Shown piece by piece: positions 39,259 to 51,070 of a DNA stretch of 64,000 nt. This DNA is from Callorhinchus milii (taxonomy: Eukaryota): positions 88,166,001-88,230,000 of the forward strand of contig NW_024704742.1 of assembly GCF_018977255.1 (NCBI RefSeq). Direction: 5' to 3'. The notes under the pieces were generated by a model. It did not search any database and had not been told where the DNA came from. It saw nothing but the letters and a program-made list of their open reading frames with translations. The translations under genes and the position numbers were made by a program. Numbering within the stretch: position 1 is the stretch's first letter; every line of letters begins with the position of its first letter.

Positions 39259-40613
39259 TAGCTGATCAGCCATCAGCTGAGCTTAGAAAGTGTTCTTCAT
39301 CATGTATAAAATGACGTTTGTTCCTCTGTGCATATGTATTTTATTAGTTTTTTTAAAAAAGGCATCTGAGGCCCCAAATTCCACTTAGTTTTAGTCTGTA
39401 AGACTATTTCAACCTTCAAATTGAAGATTGCTCAGAATTTGTGGAAAATTCTTAAACTCAGTCCAATTAAGACTGAATTTAAGAATTATCCACAATTTGG
39501 AGCAATCATAAATTTTAGAGCCAAATGTTTAAGAATATCAGACTTCTCAACTGCAATCAACAACAACTTGCATTTATTAACTCTTCACATGGGGAAGTCA
39601 TGAAACTATTATTGGAGGGCTTATTCAAACAAAATGTGGTCTAAACCGATCCAACGTTGGACTACATTAGTTTTCCAGTCTCACTTGATGCCATGATAAA
39701 ACACACAACACAGAAGAATTTTTGAAGTCCATTTATTTTACCGCAGTACAAGGAGTAGTTAAAAGTCAACATATTGACAATGCTTCCTGCATTCGCTGTT
39801 TATATAAATGTTTGAATGGAAAAAAAAGAGCTGACAATGTCTTGAGCCAAGACATCTTTGCACATTACCCAAAGGCAGCTGTTCTCAATGTGCAGCACAA
39901 AATTACAGTCAAATAAATGCTACACTTGCTGGAGGTGGACAGCTTTGTGAAAGGTTACAGCTGAGTACTGTTACAAGAGAAAACCGCTTCCATCGAAGTC
40001 AAGCCAGCTGGCAAAGCCTATCGCAACGCATACTGAACACATCTTTCACACTGCCCTGCACTCATTCTGCATGTTTGCACCCTTCTACAACTTCCTATTC
40101 ACAATTCAGTGAATCTGGTAATATTATCTGCCGCAGCCAATTGTAGCCTGGTAACAAGAAACCTAATAATGTGGAAAAAGGGTTACCTTGTTCCACTTTG
40201 TGTCCAGTGCGAGAGAAAGAATGCAGAGCGCTTCAATTATTTTTACAATAGCTATTTCCATTTTGTCTCGAACAGATGAAATGCCTCTCTGTCCCTATTC
40301 TTCTGTTGTAAAAGCTGCTTTTGTTCTGCTTTTATTATTTGGTTCCACTGCAGTCCGGGGCTTTAGCAAAGCGCAAAGTACATTTTTTTTTGCCATTTTG
40401 TCCCCTTACGGATTAATTGGTGACGCAGGATGGAAAGCGGAGGTGCATAACATCAGCCACATTGCAGAAAAGCTCACTCAGTTTTAGGCTATTTAGCATT
40501 GCATCAACAGCTTTTATTTACATTTATACAACTGCGGTTGTTTGTGCTGTGTTTTATATCTATATATATATATATCTGTGGTGCTTTTAATTGCTTACTG
40601 TTGGAGGAGAACA

Positions 40614-40778
40614 ACCGTGCCTTCAGCTCCCCTCTCGACTCTCTACCCCCTCCTCGCTCCCTCCCTTCCCTCCCCTCACCATTTCCCCCCTGCTCGGGTC
40701 CCGACCCAACTGTCCAGCGCCTTGGGATGTCCTCCCGACATGAAAGGCGCTCTATAAATCAATCTTGTTGTTGTTGTT
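40614..40778 (+). mobile_element. Young L2 3' end fragment
   Basis: Nearly identical to 9170-9378 and to the reverse complement of 44843-45005. (TTG)n tail. Confidence 0.88.
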
Positions 40779-41889
40779 GAGAAGGGAACTCCTTGATAAC
40801 ATTACGAAAATGATCCCTTTAAAAGTTCTTAAGCAGTAAACTGGACAACACCGAAACGTGTAAGGGGCTATTTCTGGGCGAAGTCGGGATCAATTTGCAT
40901 CCGCTGGGTTTATACTGTGGCAATTCCAATCACCGTGCTGCTCCTCACACCTCCTTGAGGTGCTCTCAGCAGCTGATCGCATGGTTTGACCCTGATTTCT
41001 GCTGGGCTCCTTGCAATGTTTTGCACACTGGACAAGGCTTTGTAAACATGGCCTGAAAACCGTGACGGCCCGAGAGAATGAGATACACTCAGCAGATACA
41101 CTGGTAGCCTCTCGCCACATCCGTGCACGTTTATCTTGCTAAACCATCTCGACAAATAATAATCCTTACGCTTGGTACAGCGGCTTTCACATCAGGAGGA
41201 TCTCCTAAAGCGCTTCACAGCATATACTGTAAAGTGTAGTGATTGAGTACTTTGTGGGCGATGTTAAAAATCCCATGGCACTATTCAAAAAGAGAAGCAA
41301 ATTTCTCCTGGTGTTTGGCCAACAATCCCCCAAATAAAATTGGTCACTCACTCCATGGCTGTTTGCGGACATTGCTGTCCGTGGACAATGTTGGCCCACA
41401 GTCACTCCACAACATATCCTGTGAAGCCTGTGGAATGTCCTCTTGCCATGCTCTGTGTCAAATGCAAGGATTACTACTCTCTACCAAATTCCTTTCACTC
41501 TGTGCCTCGTTTTGTGCCTTCAAAATCATTCTCTTTGACTGAGCCTTCGGTCAATACATCCTTAAGCCTCCTGCCATCCTTACCACTTACCACCTTGCTC
41601 AACGATCTGCATCATCTGTAAAGCACTTTTGAGGCCTATATCCTACATAAAAAACATTGTATAAGTGCAAGTTGCTATCACAAACAAAGGGGATAGAAAT
41701 TCCACCTGGATCTAGATGTTCCCTCCAAAATAAAATGTGGTCATTCAATCCACAACTGTTTGTGGGATACTGCTGTGTCCAATTTGCTTCCACATTTCGC
41801 CAAAAAAATATACAGGCAATCCACTTTACAATATATTCAATTCAATTGAATATTCAATTCAATGGCTATTCAATAGCCATACATATTCA

Positions 41890-42052
41890 AGACTGAGATC
41901 GATAGTTTTTTTTAAAAACTGAAGGGATTAAGGGATATGGGGATAGGGCGGGTAAATGGAATTAGGTTAGAAGATCAGCCATGATCTCATTAAATGGCAT
42001 GGCAGGCTCGAGGGGCCGAATGGCCTACTCCTGCTCATATTTCTTATGTTCT
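41890..42052 (+). mobile_element. CR1 3' end inserted in a SINE tail
   Basis: gggccgaatggcctactcctgctcatatttcttatgttctta end. Flanked by tatattc at 41832-41838 and 42053-42059. Confidence 0.8.
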
Positions 42053-42094
42053 TATATTCTGTGAAGCTCTTTGAGATGTCTCAACGATATGATA

Positions 42095-42458
42095 ATAATA
42101 ATAGTACTTGCATTCGATATAACGCCTTATCACATCTTTGAACCATCTCAAGGTGCTTCACAGAATATACTGTAAAGTTAATTGACTGTCTATTTTGTGA
42201 GCGAAGCGCGGCAGCCAATTGTCTCACAAACAAACAGTCATGGATTGAGTAACCAATTTATTTATTTTTTTTGGAAGAAATGATTCCCCCCAGAAAACTG
42301 ATCCGCCAATCGACTAACAACCGGGTTTACTTACCACTAGCAGTAAGCAGAGGCGTGTGGAGGAAGGAAAGTTGCCCAACATTTCGCCCTGCTGAGAATC
42401 GAACATAGGTCTCTCGCTTACGAGGCAAGTCCTCAAACTATTGAACTATAGGACTTCA
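42095..42458 (-). mobile_element. tRNA-derived SINE, long subfamily
   Basis: Full-length reverse-complement match to 15289-15670. Confidence 0.86.
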
Positions 42459-42553
42459 TGGACTAACAGAGGAAGAGAGAGGATGATGGTGATGGGTCAT
42501 CATAGGGCTGAAATTCCTGTTGGTGTTATGTGTACAGACACCCATGAACAAGA

Positions 42554-42918
42554 GGGAGAAATTTCACCCAGGTCTAGATTTACTCTGTTTGCGGAGTGTT
42601 TCGGAGTGTGTTAACATTTAGCATGTTATTCATACACTCTTAACTTTGAGATTGGTTTTCCCAGGCGGAATCAAATGAGTAACAAATGCAAGGAATATTA
42701 TTATTATATTATTATTACTCTCTTAGGATTTCAGTGCAACCAGAATTTGACAAATTTTTAGATCAAATATTAGTTTTGTAGCCATTTTTTATCAGACCTA
42801 CAGGCAAGTTCTTTGTAGAGCCTCGGAAAACCAATCTCAATATTAAAAGTGAAATTGAATAATATGCTAAATTTTAGCACCTTCTGAGATATTCCGTAAA
42901 TAGAGTAAATCTAGCTGG
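42554..42918. mobile_element. MITE-like element with long inverted arms
   Basis: ctagatttactctgtttgcgga...tttagcatgttattca...tgagattggttttcc (42574-42661) pairs with ggaaaaccaatctca...tgaataatatgctaaa...tccgtaaatagagtaaatctag (42826-42914). Confidence 0.7.
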
Positions 42919-44189
42919 TTAAGCTCAAGCAGTTACTCCAATGACACTGGGGTCCCCAAGCCTGGGATTCTGCAAGTAGTATGCATCCATCCAGGGAGGG
43001 AAGTGAGCATTCCATTCCAGACACAGGTACATTTTCATGTGAAGGTGGCATACATGTGTGGGACTCAATCTGGTTTGGATACTCTTAAACAAGGTGATGA
43101 GTTTCTGCATTTGTCAAGACACCCGGCTGACTAAAAAGAAATTCTATCATTTAATTTTTCAAAGAGGATGAATCTGCAGTTCCCTACTCCAGAAACAGAT
43201 ACTTGAATCTGCATTGAAAGATAATGCCTCTTATTTGAGGTAACATTTAGCTCATATTCAATTCTTCAAACTACAGGAATGTTAATAATGTGGAGAGGGT
43301 TTCCCATATGTCAAATGCTATATAACAGCAATAACTTTGGGTTACTTATTTATAATGGGATTCTTTATCAGAAACAAGTCACATTTAAGTTGTTATTGTT
43401 AATAAGCAACATATGAAAGAACCCATACTGCATACATTTTACCGACTGCTCAAATCTACTATTTGTAGCTGCTGATGTTTAAAGTTAAATGCTTTATTTA
43501 CGTCAATTGTACTTGCTGATATAATCATTTCCAGAGAAATAAAAATCATATCTTGAATGTATTTATTCCCAAGATGTTAAAGGGGAAACTCTTATTGAGA
43601 ACACACAGAGATCATCGCTGAGCAATTCCGAGCTGTTGACCTGTCACTCATTTCTGATTTCTCAGCTGCATGTGAGGTGGGGTGAGAGGGGGTTAGCAAA
43701 TGAAGTGAAGAGCTGGATTGTCAGTGAGTAAGCTGTGCTCAATATGTGCCCTTAATCAAAAATAACTGAATAAAAACAAACATGGAAACACATTTTCCCT
43801 GTGGAAAATTAGGAAAGATAAAGTTGCAGATAAAGCTGGAAATTACTTGTCAGGGAATGATTCCAAAAGTTTCCAACCCCCAACTTGGAGACAACGAACA
43901 AGGCGGATCTTGGAAAACACGGCGAGCCAGTTTTGGATTTCAAGCTGGTTTTGCTTATAGAAAGTTAATGCTCTTTATTGACTTGTAATCACAGAATTAA
44001 AATCTGAGGAAAACATCTGTAACCTGTAGAAAAATAGGGGGAAAAAAACGAGTGTGGCTGGGGTTTTATTTAGTGACAAAGGACCATGATGGGAGTTCCA
44101 ATTGCCGAACCAAATAAACAAAATGAAACAATTATCTCTTTTTAAAGTGATTTGGAGGCTTATTTGGAATACTCAAGTGGCAATTACAG

Positions 44190-44720
44190 GTAACAACTTG
44201 TATTTATGTGGCACCGCTAAGAATTTGGCAAAGTGTTTAACGACGGGAGAGTGGACCCTGAGCAAGAGGTGGGGAATGTTTTGAAGGGATCGTAAATGTG
44301 ACGAGAGGGAGAGGTCCTTTGGGAGATTCTTTAAAGGTTGGGAAAAAGGTAGCAAGGTCAAATGGTTTGGAAGCGAGTTCTAGAAGTCAGGAGAGTGGTG
44401 GTTGGTGGTTGAAATCCCAATCTTTGATAGTAGAACCAAGGGAATCAAGATGAACAGTAAAACAGTTAAAATAGAGAGGAGTGTGGCTGGGAAGTGGCGT
44501 TGGGAAAGATTGCACAGACTGGATGGAGCAAAGCCTTGAAGCAATTTGAAAATAAGTACGAGGATCTTGAAATTGACCTGCTGAAGAGCAGGGAGTCAAG
44601 TGGAGCTTGGCAATAACTGGGCTTTGGGAGTTGGGATCTAATGCAGGATTGGACTTGGGTTGTGGAGTTCTGGATGAGTGGAAATTTGAGAAGGATAGAG
44701 CCAAGGAGGCCAGCGAAGAA
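44190..44720 (-). mobile_element. Older L2 3' fragment
   Basis: Degenerate similarity to 4240-4760 (gaggatcttgaaat motif, purine-rich + strand). Confidence 0.65.
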
Positions 44721-44842
44721 AATATTGCAATCTGTATTCTCTAATACTCAACTTCCCTCTCTTGTTTCCCAAAGCTCCAAATATATTATCTTTCGCATTC
44801 TTCCTCTTCAATTTTTCTTTGGTCAGTTGAGAATCTGACACA

Positions 44843-45090
44843 CAACAACAACATGATTGCATTTATAGAGCGCCTTTCACGTCGGGAGGACGTCCCAAGG
44901 CGCTGGACAGTTGGGTCGGGACCCGAGCAGGGGGGAAATGGTGAGGGGAGGGAAGGGAGGGAGCGAGGAGGGGATAGAAAGTCGAGAGGGGAGCTGAAGG
45001 CATGGTTGAAGAGAAAGGTCTTGAGACCGGCCTTGAAGGAGTAAAGGGAGGAAGCAAAGCGAAGGCACTGGGGGATGGAGTTCCAGAGCC
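44843..45090 (-). mobile_element. Young L2 3' end fragment
   Basis: Minus strand ends CAGCGCCTTGGGACGTCCTCCCGACGTGAAAGGCGCTCTATAAATGCAATC with a TTG-repeat tail. Confidence 0.88.
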
Positions 45091-47265
45091 AAGTGGAAGC
45101 CCATCACCAATCTTAAGAATCTCTAAACCAATCTATTGAGAGTTCCAGAGATGTATTGTTTCTGTTTTCCTGGTATGGAGTGCAAACACTTTCCCTGGAG
45201 GTATGCACTCTGTTCACCTAATCCTGGAGATTTTAGGCACAGGCTGATAAGAGTCAAGGGTTGAGGACTCCAGAGTGTTTGTTCATCAGGGTACTGCTGG
45301 AGTTTAACCATGCTTCACTGGTCATCCATTGCAAGGTTAGAGTAAAATCTTTCCACGTATAGATGACTACTACAGAGATGTATCCTATTATTTGATCAAT
45401 ATTTTCAATTGCAATTTCTCATTGACTGGAAAAAGCTCAGTAGTGAATGATTACAATTTATCATTTCGGGGTTTGTGGGGAAGTGAGGAGTTTGGAGTGG
45501 CGAAAGATGACCAAAAGTAGTCGAAAATATAGATCTTAAGATGGGCTTTAAAGGTGGGAAGTGAGGTTTGTGACGAATAACCACACACAAATTCTTTCCC
45601 CTCTCATCATTGTTAATATTAATGGACACTTCATTGTGTATATTTACTAACTCCTGTTCCAATATGCCTTGCAATATCTTATCTAGTTTAAAATTCATCT
45701 TCTAAGTCTTGGCTATCAATCTTCTCAAATGCTATTTATCTTCTTTATTATTGGTAACATGGCCACATAACAACAACAAAATACAACAACCAAATTACAT
45801 TTGTATAGCGCCTTTCACGACGGGAGGACATCCCAAAGCGCTGGACAGTCAGGATTTGGACCCAAGCAGGGTGTTGGGGTAAGGCACTGTGGAGATCAGG
45901 GATGGTAGGGGTAGACAGTGGCCAAAAGCGCAGTTGAAGAGTAGGATCTTGAGACATGCCTTGAAGGAGGCAAGGGAGCATTTGGTGAATGTGAAATATT
46001 CCAACGATATACAGGTATATTTCACAAGAAATTACTTTGGTCCCACAAGGCTGATGTGCAGGCGTATGAACAAAATGTTTTGTGTGATTTTAATCTGATT
46101 CTGAAACAGCAGTAATAATAATCAACTTTTGCATCAATTTTGGTCAGCCAGGTGTCTGCCAATGCTGAAACCCATCACCATGCTTAAGAGTATCCAGACC
46201 AAATTGGAAGTTCCACATAGGTATAATACCTACAAATGTAAAGTTCTCTGTAACTGGAATGGAATACGAACTCTGCCCTAATCTGTGTATGATTACTTAG
46301 TTACCAAAATAAATGCCTCCTCTCTCCCCCACTTAATGAAACTTTCAAAATGTAGAATTATTTTAACTGCAATAGCTTTTTATCCCCCCAGTAATGTTGA
46401 GGCGAGTGCAAAGAACCATGGCCAGATTCCCAGGATAATAGAAAGACTGATTTAAAAATTGGGGGCTGATATTTAATTCAGTCCGCAAATGCCACTCCGT
46501 ACTTGAAGTGGGGGTTAATGATGTGGGGTGGGGGGAAGGAGATAGAAATGAGACGAGGCCTATAAAAGTCCATAAGTTACCAACTATAGAATCACATTAG
46601 GAACGTTTAAAAGCTTTCTTTTATTCTTTGAAGAAAACACAGCTGCAAAACACAAGTAGTTTATGGAGTGCATAGACCAGTCAATCTTGGACTGATTTCA
46701 TGATTGCTTGCTGTTTAATCACTAACACTTGGAGATCCACACAAGCTTCCAAGACATCCAGGCTTCAGTAGGGAGACTGTTTACTGCCTCTTTGTTCAAA
46801 AGGCGTGTTGGCTACGGAGCTGTTCTCGCCTGATACAGCCAATTTAAACTGAACTGACAAGTTTAAGACTGCACATTGAGACAGATAAATGTCACTATTG
46901 TTTGGTACCAGATTGAGCTGAGTGTTCAGTGACCATAGCTACGGCTCTTTAAATCACTCCAAACAAGCTGGAACTGCAGGTAGTGAACTGCGGGGGACGG
47001 TGACTCTCAGATCCTCTCTGGCTTCCCACAGCCACCTGATATTATGAAGCAAACCAAAACTGATGAAGCAGCATCGCTTTGCTCTTTTATAATGCATTCA
47101 GATGAGATAATTCTAAATGATTAAAATAGCTGCCTGCCTGGATATGGCTAGGGGTAAAACTCGATCTTTAACGAATAGAAATGCTTTACAACATCCTAAG
47201 GTCCAACCATTTTGAGCAATGAGCTACAAATCTTGGCTCCTGTCCTTCTCCTCCTTTTTCTCGTA

Positions 47266-47616
47266 TTGGTTAGAGCAGTCACCTCACAAGCGAGAGTACC
47301 CAGGTTCGATTCCCGGGCGTAGTGACACCTTAGGCAAGTTTCCTTACTCTACACACCTTGTTTTACCTAGCAATAAGTAGGAACCCAGTTGTTAGTCGCT
47401 TGGCGGATCGCTTTCTAATAATCCCTTCAAAAAATATAATAATTCGGTCACTCAATTCACGACTGTTTGTGGGACACTGCTGTGCGCAATTGTCTGCCAT
47501 GTTTCGCCCACAAAATATACAGTCAATTCACTTTACAATATATTCTGTGAAGCACTTTGAGATGTCTCAACGACGTGATAAATTGCTATATCAAATGCAA
47601 GGATTATTATTATTAT
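47266..47616 (+). mobile_element. tRNA-derived SINE, long subfamily
   Basis: tggttagagc...ggttcgattcc head, internal block and (ATT)n tail. Confidence 0.88.
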
Positions 47617-48028
47617 CATTTGTCTTCCTTCTCTTTGTCTGGGGTGCAGTTCCATGGGTGCTGGTCACCCTCCTGTATCTTTCTGCTCCTCTGTCAGCCC
47701 AGACAATGAGCTATCACTGGCTTTTATTAATCTATGTCATACTTATTTCCTCGTAATTCTCACATCACACCTCAAAACATTTACCCCCATTTCTTTTGGT
47801 CTTTAATTGAGGTATTGAGGTTTTTCACCCACAAAATACACAGTCAATTCACTTTACAGTACATTCTGCGAGATGCTTTGAGATATCTCAATGATGTGAT
47901 GAGGTGTTATATCAAATGCAAGGATTATTATTATTATTTCTTCTGTTCATGTGTCCACTTTAGTTTGAGTGACAGGGACATCTGACTGAAGGGCATCTGA
48001 ACTGAGCCAAATTGTTATAAAGGATCCT

Positions 48029-48179
<151 letters not shown>

Positions 48180-48916
48180 CAACTCACTGACTGACTGTCA
48201 GTCAGTCAATCCAGGTCACCTTAACTTTCCAACTCAAGTTCAATCCTTGTCAAACACAGCACAGGGGAACACTTGGCTCATCAAGATTGTCCCATTCTGA
48301 TAACAATCTTTGGAAATCCATGTTGTTGAAATGTCTCAAAGCGCTTTACAGGATTTTCTTGTTAATTGTAGTTAACTGTGTATTTATAGGCAAAAGTGAC
48401 AATGAGTTTGCATACAGCAATGTACCACAAACAGCCATTAATGACCGATTTGTTTCTTGATCATTACACAAGGAGAAACTTCCTTCTCCTTTTGAATAAC
48501 GTCATGGATCCCACTTGACAGGACCATGGTTTAATGTCTTATCTGAAGGATGGCACTTCTGACACTGCAGTGTCAGACTGAGCTGAATATGGGGCTTAAG
48601 CCCATAACTTTTCTGCCTTTTATTAGATCTTGGCAGATCTTTATTCCCATTTCCTCATCGTACTACTTTTACTGCTCAAGTGAATATTTTAAACCATTTA
48701 TTATTAGAAAATAACAGGAAACTACTTATGAAATTCCAGACTTGGGCGTGATAGAAACAGTGGAACTCAAAAGCAATTGACACAACTTTAAAGTGGCACT
48801 GTTTTCTGTTTGAAAGTGTTTGGCAAACCTTATTTTTTGGTGGGGTGGGGGGAATAAAGAGCCTGAAGAGTGTTGTATGGTTTTGTAACGATAAGATAGT
48901 AACATTTGGGGGTAAC

Positions 48917-49287
48917 AATAATAATAACCCATGCATTTGATATAGCGCCTTTTCACTATGAGACGTCTCAAAGCACGTCACAGAATATATTGTAAAGTGA
49001 ATTGATTGTATATTTTGTGGGGGAAACGCGGCAGCCAATTGTGCACAGCAGTGTCCCACAAACAGTCATGGATTGAGTGACCAAATTATTATTATTACTA
49101 TTTTTTTGAAGCGATTATTACCCCCGGAAAAGCGATCTGCCAATCACCTAACAACTGTGTTCCTTCTCGGTAAACAGAGGCATGTGGAGTCTAGAAACAT
49201 GCATATGGTTTTGCCCTGCCCTGGAATTGAACCCAGGTCCTCTTGTTTGCGAGGCCAATGCTCTTACCGCTGAGTTACAGGACTCCA
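48917..49287 (-). mobile_element. tRNA-derived SINE, long subfamily
   Basis: Full-length reverse-complement match. A 5'-truncated copy also lies at ~690-1005(-). Confidence 0.88.
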
Positions 49288-49659
49288 TGCAGTAGCCAGG
49301 TAGGTTTCTCTGAGATTGCATGCATTGTTTTCACTTGATAGAGCAGCACTTTGATTTCAATATGTTTTCCCAACTGAACTGCTCGCTGTAGGTGTGACTT
49401 GATGAGATTTTTTAATAAGGAATTTGAGTTGTACAGATGGGGATTCCTTCCCATAATATCATGTTGGCTTGCAGGAACTCCGCTCTGACATAACCTCCAT
49501 CAAAACAAGGTTCGCATTGGGTTATAGACATTCTAACAAGATCCCCCTATTAAGGAATCCCATGAAGACATATGGCAAATTAGACAACAAAAAAAAATCG
49601 GATTTATATATTCAGCGTCTTTCATGTCAAGAAAATGTCTCACAGGACTTCACACAACT

Positions 49660-50185
49660 GAATGGGAGTAAATGTGGGGAGGAGGCAGGAGCTGTAGATA
49701 TTTATCCTTTTCAGATATTTGTCTAATTCCCTCTCAAAAGATGATACAGAATTTCCCTCCATCACTGCTCCAGGTAGGGCATTCCATATCCTAACAACAC
49801 TCCGTATAAAGAAAAACATTCTCCTAACCTCTCTTTTTGTACTTTTGGTAAAGTCCTTTCGCCCACAAATATACAGTCAATTCACTTCACAGTGTATCTG
49901 TGAAGCGCTTTGAAACATTTTGAAGACGTGATAAGGCACTATACCAAATGCAAGGATTATTATTATTATTAAGACCTTAAATCTATATACGCTACTGACT
50001 CACCAACCAGTTGAAATAAATTGTTTACTTTATTGATCAAAAAAAACTTTTTTAATTAGCCTCTATCAGGTCTTCTCTCAACCTGTCCTGTTCTAGGGAA
50101 TAAAGCCCAAGTTCTTCAGTCTTTTCTCAATAAGTAAAACCTTTCATCCATGATATCACCCTAGTAAATCTCCTCTGCATCCTCT
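49660..50185 (-). mobile_element. CR1 3' fragment interrupted by a SINE tail (~49858-49970, +)
   Basis: Similar to 59900-60270. The SINE tail ends aaggattattattattatt. Confidence 0.75.
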
Positions 50186-50475
50186 TTATTACTGGCCAAT
50201 ATTTCCTTTCATTGACCACCTTACTCTTTGGGTGAAAAGATTAGCTACCTTGGGTGCTTACACAAATACAGTCACAAACCTTGGAAGCAAGGCATTCAGC
50301 AAAGCTTGTTGATAATAATAATCCTTGCATTTGACATAGCAATTTAGCATGTTGTCGATATGTCTCAAAGTGCTTCACAGATTAGGAGATTGCCCAATTT
50401 GCAGACAGTGGAGATTCCCTGGTGTTTATTTCACTTCATTCCCACTGGACATCGAATCGAAGCCCCGGCTCTTAC

Positions 50476-50657
50476 CTTGAATGGGGATGCTGCTGGGCTG
50501 TGCAGAGCAGGTTGTGATAGGTGGGTAAGGTTTGAGATGGGCTCCTGATCCCTGCTGTATTTGGGGTGGCTGGGGTGTCCTTCTGTGCATCAAAGGAGGA
50601 GGTGCTGTGATCCTCCTGGGACTGATGTGATGAGGAGATGGAGCCGAGCCAACAAAC
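50476..50657 (-). CDS. GLIS3: GLIS3 internal coding exon (third from last), C-terminal region
   Basis: Translates (R)FVGSAPSPHHISPRRITAPPPLMHRRTPQPPQIQQGSGAHLKPYPPITTCSAQPSSIPIQ(G), matching recalled vertebrate GLIS3 RFAPSAPSPHHISPRR...SHLK. Acceptor cccagcag|G, donor CAAG|gtaaga. 182 nt, phase 2 to phase 1. Confidence 0.92.
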
Positions 50658-50694
50658 CTGCTGGGACACACCTGCAGTCACCGCAATGTCACGT

Positions 50695-51070
50695 AGAACC
50701 ATAAAAATTTACAGCACAGAATAAGGCCATTCGGACCATCATGTCTCTTAAGAGCAATCCTTTCAGTCCCATTTATCAATCCTTTCCCCATATCCTTGCA
50801 ATTGACTCCTTTTTAGGTATATATCCAGTTCCCTTTTGAAAATTAATACGGATTCTGCCTCAACCACTGCTCCTGGCAGGGCATTTCATATCCTTACTAT
50901 TCTGTGTGTGAAAAAAATTCTCCTAACTTCCTCATTGGCTTATTTATAACTATCTTAAATGCTCTGATTTACTGAACAGTGAAAATAATCTCACCCCATT
51001 GACGCTATCAAAACCTTCCATCATTTTAAAAACCTCTATCATGTCACCCCTCAACCTTCTTTGTTCCAAC
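50695..51070 (-). mobile_element. CR1 3' end just upstream of the GLIS3 exon acceptor
   Basis: + strand agaaccataaaaatttacagcacagaataaggccattcgg is the reverse complement of the CR1 terminus seen at 30700-30752. Confidence 0.8.

Noticed and set aside
40187..40261. Minus-strand ATG in good Kozak context encoding MEIAIVKIIEALCILSLALDTKWNK, followed by a GT donor (signal-peptide-like mini exon)
   Set aside because: The phase-0 donor is incompatible with the phase-1 acceptor of the next GLIS3 exon, no homology was recognised and no partner exons were found.
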